Origin: Thalia democratica
Taxonomy: Eukaryota
Assembly (NCBI GenBank): GCA_965202585.1
Contig: OZ241833.1
Coordinates: forward strand, 30,256,001 to 30,320,000
Direction of reading: 5' to 3'
Length of the DNA: 64,000 bases
A model generated the notes under the pieces. The model was not told the DNA's origin. It did no database searches and saw nothing but the letters and a program-made list of their open reading frames with translations. The position numbers and the translations under genes are program-made. Shown here piece after piece: positions 11,908 to 21,562 of this stretch (positions are counted from its first letter, which is position 1; every line of letters begins with the position of its first letter).

Positions 11908-12550
11908 AGATTTTATCTACTAAGGAGATAAAACGATAAATTTACATAGTGAAACAAAAAAATTTTAAAACAATTTGTTACAACTTAAAAACATTTTTCA
12001 GGTCTAAAATTCAACGAAATCAAACTCAGAAAGAAAAAAAATCATTTCAAAATTTACGATTAACTTAGTTCACTAGTAAATGATTTGTTAAAACAAACTA
12101 CAACTTAAACAAACAAACTTTAACAAAAAATTTGAAGCTTAATCTTTACTTTTCTTCACTCAGTTGCTGAATACAAGCATTCAAAAACTTAATTGCTTCA
12201 CCGATTTGAACTTTTCAGCTTTTAAGAACGAAACCACACGTCATTCATCTAACCATCTTAACCCAACGCTGCAAATAATCCGATAATTTCACACACTCAT
12301 CCCGGACACATTATTGTTCGCAATTAAACTTTGGTGGTCTGTTTGCTTTTCTGTATAAAATATAAGTCAAGAAAATATAGATCTAAGCAAATCCGAGACA
12401 TTCCGGTTCAACATCAATATTGAAGAAAACCATTAGTACAGTGAGAAATTACTTAATTCTTTTTCAAAAAGAATCTTCCTTCTGGAAACACAGAACATCA
12501 AAATTTTTCTTGAAATGTTTTTACTCAACTTTACCAGAAAAGACAAACTT

Positions 12551-13933
12551 TTACAGTGGTATGTTTGCTTTTCTCAGATAAGGGATACTACTTAGACATT
12601 TGCAAACAGGAGGGGTAAATCTTCTTAGAAACTTACGATTTTGAACAGTTAAGCGACCTGATCCATCAACTTTGACAACACATTGATGACAGTCCTTCAC
12701 TTCCACCACCACTCCACTTTTCCCCCACTTACTAGGAAAGTTACCTGTTTGATTTAATATCACGACATGATCACCGCAATTTAAAGGTGGCAATGATTTT
12801 GTGTTCTTTCTGACGTAAGGTAATGACTTCTTATCATTTGGAGGTAGGTGAGGATTGCTTAGGGATTTGTGCGGTTTCCGTTGCCATCCAGTGTGTAAAA
12901 ATATATTTTTCTGTCCCTGTACCTCCTTTTTCTTCTTGACGTTTTTACGCTCGAACATATTTTTCCTACGACCTCGGCTGCAAATGTTATCAATGTTTTG
13001 TGTATACAATCCACCAACTAGAAGTGCATTTAACTCATCAGCATAATTTTGGTGACTTTGATAAACTTTTTTACGGGACTTTATCCAGCATTGTTTGCAG
13101 GCAGAACACTCAATATACCTCATATTTTTACTGCTCCAAACAAATTTATCAGTTGATTTATTACATATGCCACAAGTTGTTTTACCACTTGGTTTTTGTG
13201 TGGTTTTCTTTGAGGATTTGTATGAGAAAACTGAGGCTGTAACATCAGGTTTCGATATTGCATCACGTGCCATCTCTTTTCCTTCGATAAAACCGATTGT
13301 CTCATTGACATTTTTCTCATCTAGGTTTTCCCATCCTAGCACCTCTTTACGGATATCCTCATCGGCTAAACCTGTTACCATGACATCTTTTAGGATTAAG
13401 TCTGTAAAATCTATCATTTGATTACAGCCATCCTTTGGGCATTTACATGTATACGAGCATGTACTGGCTTTTCCCTTTAAACGGGCGGCAAATGATCTAG
13501 TATTTTCAGTCAAATCCTGTCTTGCACTAAGAAAGTCTGATCGTCGTACAACAACTGAAACAGGAATAACTGCAAGCTGCTTGATCATCCTTAAAAGCTC
13601 TTGCTCATTTAAATTTACTACATCTTTATGTCCTTTTAGAATAGCATCGCCTAAATCTTCCTCACAGCACTGGTACAGTTGACGGCGTTTTTCTACATCT
13701 GTCATCTGCATGCTATCTTTAAACATAGTCCACTTTTGTACAAATATGTTCCAACCCTCTTCACTGCAGTCTGTCCCTATTCGAGGACGGTCCATCTTTG
13801 GAAGCTTTGGTTTTGAAGAATTTGCATTAATGTGAACATTATTGTGAATGATAAGTAAAGCGGCAACTACAGAAGCATCGACGTCTGGTGTTTCATATGT
13901 GCAACTCTCAAGAGGGCATTTAATCACAGGCAT
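12551..13933 (-). CDS. Gag protein fused in frame to an integrase C-terminal segment (460 aa)
   Basis: N-terminal CP..C.Y.T.D...AALL..H...H, Gag core ARLKGKA..C, Cys-rich knuckle; C-terminal LPPLNCGDHVV...KW...GVVVEV...VKVDGSGRLT.QNRKFLRR typical of gypsy integrase tails; no RT, RNase H or DDE core. Confidence 0.85.
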   Translation of the reverse strand: MPVIKCPLESCTYETPDVDASVVAALLIIHNNVHINANSSKPKLPKMDRPRIGTDCSEEGWNIFVQKWTMFKDSMQMTDVEKRRQLYQCCEEDLGDAILKGHKDVVNLNEQELLRMIKQLAVIPVSVVVRRSDFLSARQDLTENTRSFAARLKGKASTCSYTCKCPKDGCNQMIDFTDLILKDVMVTGLADEDIRKEVLGWENLDEKNVNETIGFIEGKEMARDAISKPDVTASVFSYKSSKKTTQKPSGKTTCGICNKSTDKFVWSSKNMRYIECSACKQCWIKSRKKVYQSHQNYADELNALLVGGLYTQNIDNICSRGRRKNMFERKNVKKKKEVQGQKNIFLHTGWQRKPHKSLSNPHLPPNDKKSLPYVRKNTKSLPPLNCGDHVVILNQTGNFPSKWGKSGVVVEVKDCHQCVVKVDGSGRLTVQNRKFLRRFTPPVCKCLSSIPYLRKANIPL

Positions 13934-13952
13934 TATTGATTCAATTCAGCTT

Positions 13953-13963
13953 GACTTTATCAT
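13953..13963 (-). promoter_or_regulatory. Primer-binding-site position, complementary to the element's own LTR
   Basis: Element strand (A)TGATAAAGTC pairs with GACTTTATCAT inside the LTR (plus strand 14014-14024); no TGG tRNA-type PBS. Confidence 0.7.
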
Positions 13964-14066
13964 AAATAAATATATCTTTCTTGGTTGAGTTTATTCACAA
14001 ACTAATTACAAGAATGATAAAGTCTGTAATATAAAACATAACTAAAACTAGGTAAATACTTCTACA
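13963..14066 (-). repeat. 5' LTR
   Basis: TGTAGAAG...AATAAA...TTTATTTA; the gag ATG follows 30 nt later. Confidence 0.95.
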
Positions 14067-15364
14067 GATATTACATGTTTATAAACTTGTTGTAATTACG
14101 TTTGTGACGTAATAAAAGCAGTTGGATCAACAATACTTTATGCAGTGCAGTATCCTATCTAACAATACTTTGCTTGTGGATAATTGCTAAAGTGCCAGCA
14201 ATACAAAATAGACTCTGTTTCAAACAAATTTCATGTTTAAAAACTTAGATGTTGAAAAAAAAAGTTTCATCCTTAAATTGTAACATGATTTCAAGGCTTA
14301 TTATTACTTAGATATCAAGCGTTATTTGAAAATAAGCGTCGTGCGGAAGCACTCAAGAATAATCTACGACGTGTACTTGTATTTCAATGTGTTACTTGAG
14401 CAAAGCAAAACAACTTTTATAAATTAGATTTGAAAACACGCCTTTTTGTAATTTTGATTAATCAATAAAGCTAGTTTAATGACTATCTCAGTATTATTTT
14501 ATAATTAACTTTCTTTTTTGTTTAATTCAAAACTCGGCCCACAAAACACTTCTTGCCTAACAAATTAGTTATAAAAAGGGTACTACCCTTCTGTGTTAAA
14601 TAGTAGATAATTTAGTTATTTTATTACTTTAAAAAAAAATTATTAATTGCTATCAAAACAAAATATGTACACCAATCTTTATTACTTGTACAGAAGTTTA
14701 TAAATTTTGTCCTACTTACACTTTTCTTGAAATTTTATTTAAGTTCAGTTTGTAGCTTTCGGAAATACTTTTGTAAAATTTTAAACATTCACCTTACTTT
14801 AACCCTACAGAGAGTAAAACTGTTATAAATTTTTGTTTATAAAACACTAAAATTTAAAAACATAGCTATACATAAACTTTTATCAGTTAAGTTTATATTT
14901 TAGAAAGCCAGTATCTTAAGTTTTATTAAATATATTTTGTATCAATTAATACTTTGTAAGGTTCAAAAACTAACAAGTTACAATTTAAGTTATATCTTTT
15001 TAACTAATCCCTTTTAAAGTAAATTCCTGTAATTTAAACCACCACAACAGATAAATAGCTTAACTTTGATATAAAAATATAATGTAAATAGTGTGCTGCA
15101 TAGTAGGATTAACAAAATATTATACACTACAAAGATATAAAAACTATAAAAACTTAACTAGTTGCACCTAATTTAACATTAACTTGAGCTAGCTTGTTTT
15201 CAATATCGTATTTATATATAAAACAATAGATATTTGTAACTTAAATGCATAAAACAGCTTATTTATTGTAGTTTAAATCTTTTACTAAACAAGTTTGTAT
15301 ATTTAAGAAGTTTGTAATAAAATAATTTTCAGTTGGAAAAGTTATATAAAGTTGTAAATATTTA

Positions 15365-15761
15365 CAGGGTTTCTAAATGTTTTTGGAAAATTTTTTCGAG
15401 GTATTCAAAATTTTCCCAAGGTTTTAAAAAGTACACATTTTTGGGTCTGTTTTTAGTTTAAAGTCAAATTTAAGGTAAGTAACAGTGTTAGATAGTATAA
15501 AAACATTGAAAAGATACTCAAAAGCTATTTTAAATATTTTTTAATAAAAAAAATTTCTATGACAAAATTTTTATATCTATATGATAAATTTTTTGAGTCA
15601 AATCGAAATTTTACTACTTGACATGTTAAAATTATTAAACATTCTAGGTTTTACCAGGTTTTTTTTTCAAATTTTTCGAAATTCCAGGTTTTTCCAACTT
15701 TTTTAGCCTAAATTGTCAAATTCCAGGTTATTCCAGGTTTTAAGGTTTTTTGGCAACCCTG
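15365..15761 (+). mobile_element. MITE family A, 6-bp TSD
   Basis: cagggtttc ... ttggcaaccctg, TSD tattta on both sides. Confidence 0.85.
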
Positions 15762-15965
15762 TATTTATATATCAATCTTTTTAATGTAAATTTATAAACA
15801 AGCCTATTTTCTATAAACATTTTATGCAAATTAGCCATTTAATATTCTAGCTTAGAATTTTAGGTGACTAGTAAAAAAAATCATTTATGAGAGGTAACAA
15901 ACATTATTAAATCACAGTTAATGCCATAATTACGTCATATAGCAATAAATATATAAAAACTGAAT

Positions 15966-16129
15966 TACCACAAATGTTTTTGTGTCACAACTTTTTTCCG
16001 ACTAACGGCGTTTCACTGCTCTCAAATAACTTTAAGAACAGATCTACGGAGTCTCAAAAAAGCTCTAAGACTCCGTAGATCTGTTCTTAAAGTTATTTGA
16101 GAGCAGTGAAACGCCGTTAGTCGGAAAAA
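15966..16129. repeat. Long hairpin (foldback) truncated at the duplication junction
   Basis: Right arm is the perfect reverse complement of the left arm up to the junction; 13-nt loop. Confidence 0.93.
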
Positions 16130-17605
16130 TGTTTCATATGTGCAACTCTCAAGAGGGCATTTAATCACAGGCATTATTGATTCAATTCAGCTTGACTTTA
16201 TCATAAATAAATATATCTTTCTTGGTTGAGTTTATTCACAAACTAATTACAAGAATGATAAAGTCTGTAATATAAAACATAACTAAAACTAGGTAAATAC
16301 TTCTACAGATATTACATGTTTATAAACTTGTTGTAATTACGTTTGTGACGTAATAAAGGCAGTTGGATCAACAATACTTTATGCAGTGCAGTATCCTATC
16401 TAACAATACTTTGCTTGTGGATAATTGCTAAAGTGCCAGCAATACAAAATAGACTCTGTTTCAAACAAATTTCATGTTTAAAAACTTAGATGTTGAAAAA
16501 AAAAGTTTCATCCTTAAATTGTAACATGATTTCAAGGCTTATTATTACTTAGATATCAAGCGTTATTTGAAAATAAGCGTCGTGCGGAAGCACTCAAGAA
16601 TAATCTACGACGTGTACTTGTATTTCAATGTGTTACTTGAGCAAAGCAAAACAACTTTTATAAATTAGATTTGAAAACACGCCTTTTTGTAATTTTGATT
16701 AATCAATAAAGCTAGTTTAATGACTACCTCAGTATTATTTTATAATTAACTTTCTTTTTTGTTTAATTCAAAACTCGGCCCACAAAACACTTCTTGCCTA
16801 ACAAATTAGTTATAAAAAGGGTACTACCCTTCTGTGTTAAATAGTAGATAATTTAGTTATTTTATTACTTTAAAAAAAAATTATTAATTGCTATCAAAAC
16901 AAAATATGTACACCAATCTTTATTACTTGTACAGAAGTTTATAAATTTTGTCCTACTTACACTTTTCTTGAAATTTTATTTAAGTTCAGTTTGTAGCTTT
17001 CGGAAATACTTTTGTAAAATTTTAAACATTCACCTTACTTTAACCCTACAGAGAGTAAAACTGTTATAAATTTTTGTTTATAAAACACTAAAATTTAAAA
17101 ACATAGCTATACATAAACTTTTATCAGTTAAGTTTATATTCTAGAAAGCCAGTATCTTAAGTTTTATTAAATATATTTTGTATCAATTAATACTTTGTAA
17201 GGTTCAAAAACTAACAAGTTACAATTTAAGTTATATCTTTTTAACTAATCCCTTTTAAAGTAAATTCCTGTAATTTAAACCACCACAACAGATAAATAGC
17301 TTAACTTTGATATAAAAATATAATGTAAATAGTGTGCTGCATAGTAGGATTAACAAAATATTATACACTACAAAGATATAAAAACTATAAAAACTTAACT
17401 AGTTGCACCTAATTTAACATTAACTTGAGCTAGCTTGTTTTCAATATCGTATTTATATATAAAACAATAGATATTTGTAACTTAAATGCATAAAACAGCT
17501 TATTTATTGTAGTTTAAATCTTTTACTAAACAAGTTTGTATATTTAAGAAGTTTGTAATAAAATAATTTTCAGTTGGAAAAGTTATATAAAGTTGTAAAT
17601 ATTTA

Positions 17606-18002
17606 CAGGGTTTCTAAATGTTTTTGGAAAATTTTTTCGAGGTATTCAAAATTTTCCCAAGGTTTTAAAAAGTACACATTTTTGGGTCTGTTTTTAGTTT
17701 AAAGTCAAATTTAAGGTAAGTAACAGTGTTAGATAGTATAAAAACATTGAAAAGATACTCAAAAGCTACTTTAAATATTTTTTAATAAAAAAAATTTCTA
17801 TGACAAAATTTTTATATCTATATGATAAATTTTTTGAGTCAAATCGAAATTTTACTACTTGACATGTTAAAATTATTAAACATTCTAGGTTTTACCAGGT
17901 TTTTTTTTCAAATTTTTCGAAATTCCAGGTTTTTCCAACTTTTTTAGCCTAAATTGTCAAATTCCAGGTTATTCCAGGTTTTAAGGTTTTTTGGCAACCC
18001 TG
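17606..18002 (+). mobile_element. MITE family A (duplicated copy of 15365-15761)
   Basis: Same termini and TSD at offset 2241. Confidence 0.85.
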
Positions 18003-18206
18003 TATTTATTTATCAATCTTTTTAATGTAAATTTATAAACAAGCCTATTTTCTATAAACATTTTATGCAAATTAGCCATTTAATATTCTAGCTTAGAATT
18101 TTAGGTGACTAGTAAAAAAAATCATTTATGAGAGGTAACAAACATTATTAAATCACAGTTAATGCCATAATTACGTCATATAGCAATAAATATATAAAAA
18201 CTGAAT

Positions 18207-18397
18207 TACCACAAATGTTTTTGTGTCACAACTTTTTTCCGACTAACGGCGTTTCACTGCTCTCAAATAACTTTAAGAACAGATCTACGGAGTCTCAAAA
18301 AAGCTCTAAGACTCCGTAGATCTGTTCTTAAAGTTATTTGAGAGCAGTGAAACACCGTTATTCGGAATAAAGTTTTGACACAAAAACATATGTGGTA
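18207..18397. repeat. Foldback/MITE-like palindrome, arms about 89 bp, loop 13 nt
   Basis: taccacaaatgtttttgtgtc...agtct caaaaaagctcta agact...gacacaaaaacatatgtggta, with a few arm mismatches; TA at both ends. Confidence 0.9.
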
Positions 18398-18491
18398 TAT
18401 ATTCCGATAAGCTTAGCTTATCAGGATCTCCAGGACTTAACGACTTTTAACGTTACATGTTATAAAAACTGAATTATTGTAATTACCACAA

Positions 18492-18562
18492 GCATTGTTG
18501 GTTCAGTGGTAGAATTCTCGCCTGCCACGCGGGAGGCCCGGGTACGATTCCCTGACTATGCA
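18492..18562 (+). tRNA. trnG-GCC: tRNA-Gly (GCC), variant or probable pseudogene
   Basis: Gly body with B-box GGTACGA (TTC to TAC) and T-stem/acceptor mismatches. Confidence 0.8.
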
Positions 18563-18888
18563 TTAATTGATTTTTAAAAGACAAAAATATTAATTCATTA
18601 AATTTTCCTTTGTAAACTATTAATTAATTTTTAGATATAAATAGAATAAATGCCTTTTTAGTTACACCTTAAAATTAAAATTAATACTACCATGAATGTG
18701 TTACGACCATACAAATAGAATATGTATTTAATTATCACAATAAATAATAAAAATATATAGCTAGTAATTTACTTTTTGATCCTACCAATAGTTAGCTAGT
18801 ATTTTAGTTTACTGATAAAAAATAATATTAATTGTTTGGTAAGGCAAAAACAATTTATCATATTGAAAAAAAAAGCTACTAAAATATA

Positions 18889-19243
18889 CAGTGTTGCCAC
18901 TGGTTTTTGAGAAATTTCTTCCAGGTTTTCTGAATTTCTTCCATGTTTTTGAAAGTACACGTTTTTAAGTCTATTTTTAGTTTAGAGTTAAGCTAATGTT
19001 AGAACCTGTATTTAATAGTATAACAAAATTGTAAAGATATTGTAAACCTACTTTAAATGTGCTTAAAAATAAAATGGTGATGACTAATTTTTTATCTATA
19101 TGATAGATTTTTATCTCAAATCAAAATTTTACTACTTGACACGTTAATATTGTTCGAAATTCCAGGTTTTTTGTACAATATTCCTGAAATTTCAGATTTT
19201 TTTTAGCCTAAATTGTCAAATTCTAGGTTTTGTGGCAACCCTG
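18889..19243 (+). mobile_element. MITE family A
   Basis: cagtgttgccac ... gtggcaaccctg; flanks aatata/attata (6-bp TSD, 1 mismatch). Confidence 0.8.
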
Positions 19244-19290
19244 ATTATATCTCCTTGGTTGCATAACTAACTTTTAAATATCAAAAAGCG

Positions 19291-19364
19291 AGGCACCACC
19301 GAGATTCGAACTCGGGATTTCCTGTTTACTAGACAGGCGCTTTAACCAACTAAGCCATGGCGCC
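19291..19364 (-). tRNA. trnT-AGT: tRNA-Thr (AGT)
   Basis: Identical to 4089-4162 except one variable-loop base. Confidence 0.95.
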
Positions 19365-20001
19365 GCTTGATTGGCATGTTCTTATGCAAATTTTAAAATA
19401 ACTGCACATTAACGTGATGTGTGAAGTTGAGAGTTTTTTAGACTGTAATTTGTTCGCAAAACTATTTATTAAAAAAAACTCAAAGCCGCAATGAGGTCTA
19501 TTTAGTAACACAGCTTGTAAGTTGTATTTATAAAATATATTCGCACTGAACAACAGATTACAAGTAAAGAAGCAACTAGGACAGTTTTGTCTTAAACTAC
19601 AAATGACTTTTATTCTAGTTCAAAAACATCTAAATGTTTTATAATCAAACAATAAAGATAAACTGAGTCTAAACTGAACAACTTGTAAATTGTTTATAAC
19701 TACAAGTTGTTTTACACCCGAAAGAATGGAATAATATAAATTACCAAAAAAATAGGGAATATAAAACAATTTAGAATAAGTTAGTCATATCGCAGATTCT
19801 AGGGAAATAACCAGAAAAATTATACCATCATTATGGTCAAAAAGGCAGACTTATGATTTTAAATAAATCAAAAGTATCAAAACAAAAAAAAAAACAATTT
19901 ACATCGAAAAAACCTGAGATCCGCTGCATTTTCATCTGAACGAAACACAACTAGTGACAAAAACAAACTTTTACCAAACAAATCAACTTTCAACAACTGA
20001 C

Positions 20002-20165
20002 CATCATTTCCTCGTGAAAGTTGCCGTCTATCAGCTTGTCGTACGAGATGCAAACGGGCACCACAGTGACGTCATACAACAGTCCCTGGTCCAAGCAGCT
20101 GGTCACGATTGAAACGATTCCCGTCTTCGGCTTTCCCGGGCATCCGCTGCGGGTTCTTGTCCCTT
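20002..20165 (-). CDS. GPAM: GPAT exon with acyltransferase motifs III/IV
   Basis: cag acceptor at 20168-20166, GTCAGT donor; (E)GTRTRSGCPGKPKTGIVSIV...VVPVCISYDKLIDGNFHEEMM matches EGTRSRSG...PVGISYD of GPAT1. Confidence 0.95.
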
Positions 20166-20455
20166 CTGCGTGTGAAAAAACATTGATGTGAAACTTAAAA
20201 GAGCAAAAATTTAACGAAACCTGCGTTTTATTGAAAGTTGAAAAGTTAAACGGTAGTGGGGGCATAACTTTAATAAAAATTACTACATTAAAAACTGTAC
20301 TTGTAATTTAGTTGAGCAAAGTTATTAGTACACAGAAGAAAAGAGATGTTTTTAGAGGACTTAGTACAGTATTCGTATTGACACGATACAAAAAAATTTT
20401 GACTATTATGTTTAAAAAAAATACTGTATCTATTATAAATTACAGTAGACAAAAA

Positions 20456-20525
20456 TGCGTTGTCCGGGAATCGAACCCGGGCCTCCCGCGTGGCAGGCGA
20501 GATTCTACCACTGAACCAAAAATGC
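20456..20525 (-). tRNA. trnG-GCC: tRNA-Gly (GCC), degenerate variant
   Basis: 1-nt deletion (GAATCTC) and two acceptor-stem mismatches relative to 27781-27851. Confidence 0.8.
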
Positions 20526-20849
20526 TTATGCCAACATTTCTTTAAATTGATTTATAAACTTGTTTGCATTGTGACGTAACAATAATTTTGAGGGTGGGGC
20601 TTGAGTTTTTGAAATAATTTAAAAACGGTTTGCTAACTCATGATAAAGGTATAATTATTCAGTGCATAATACATAGTTTATTGGGCTGTTAAAGTGCTAG
20701 AGGCCTTGGGTTCTTAAGTTTTGTTTATAGTCAGTGTTCTCAACAATTATCAGCTACTACGAAAGTCCAACAAACGCTGAGTTATCTGAGTATTAAAGAT
20801 TTGAAAGTAAATATGAAGCAGGCTCTCCTAAGAAAAATGAAAAACGTTG

Positions 20850-21030
20850 TTTATATAAAAGCGGTTCTAGTTATACGAATAAAAGTGAAACAAGTTGTAT
20901 GGATAAAAGTTAAGCCGGTTACTCAAATGAAAGCTGAACCAGTTGTTCAAATAATGTGAAGCCAGTCGTTCGAATGAAAGTGAAACCAGTTTTGGAGTGA
21001 AACCATCTGTTCGGGTGAAGTTGAAGTAGG
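20850..21030 (+). repeat. Degenerate tandem repeat of about 24-30 bp (motif atgaaagtgaaaccagttgttc)
   Basis: Recurrent aaagtgaaacNagttgt units. Confidence 0.6.
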
Positions 21031-21490
21031 ATATTGTTGTTCTCTTTTCGGAAGCACCGGAATTATAAATTTTGTGTTATAATATTTGTGTTTTTATGTT
21101 AATTTTTAAACTTTAATTAGTTAAACTCAGTTTTTTTTTTCATTTTTAATGTACAATTTTGGTTTATTTTTGTCTTTTTGTTGTATGTCTTTCTGTATAA
21201 GTGGCCTAGGTTTTGATGCCTGGGTCCTTCGTATGACAATAAACTTACAATAATAATACATCAACTGGTATGTTTAGTAAAAATGGGCAAAATTTATTAT
21301 TTACTTAATTAGCTTAAATTATATTCAATACTAAAGAACGAAAAAAAAAGTTTATAATATCATTTAATTTGTGACTTTAAAGTTTGTTATTTTTTATTTT
21401 TAAAGTTTTTTAATTTTCTAATAATTATTTTGGAAAAATAATAAATTTATCTATATTTAAAAATTTGAGAAGTTACAAATTAAAAAAATA

Positions 21491-21562
21491 CTCCCCGTCG
21501 GGGAATCGAACCCCGGTCGCCCGCGTGACAGGCGGGAATACTCACCACTATACTAACGAGGA
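21491..21562 (-). tRNA. trnD-GTC: tRNA-Asp (GTC)
   Basis: Canonical; one base different from 8701-8772. Confidence 0.97.

Larger units (their letters stand above)
11795..14066 (-). mobile_element. Non-autonomous Ty3/gypsy-type LTR retrotransposon (internal deletion derivative)
   Basis: 104-bp LTRs at 13963-14066 and 11795-11898 (2 differences seen), TG start, 5-bp TSD gatat at 11790-11794 and 14067-14071, PPT next to the 3' LTR, one long ORF. Confidence 0.95.
13889..18370. repeat. Recent tandem duplication, unit 2241 bp (13889-16129 and 16130-18370)
   Basis: Constant 2241 offset checked at several points; about 5 substitutions in the body plus 3 at the hairpin end; includes a third LTR copy at 16204-16307. 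Confidence 0.97.

Noticed and set aside
12855-13421. Small ORFs overlapping gag
   Set aside because: Antisense or out-of-frame shadows of the 460-aa ORF.
19990-20265. 91-aa ORF as a stand-alone gene
   Set aside because: Only 20002-20165 is exon; the rest is intron read-through.
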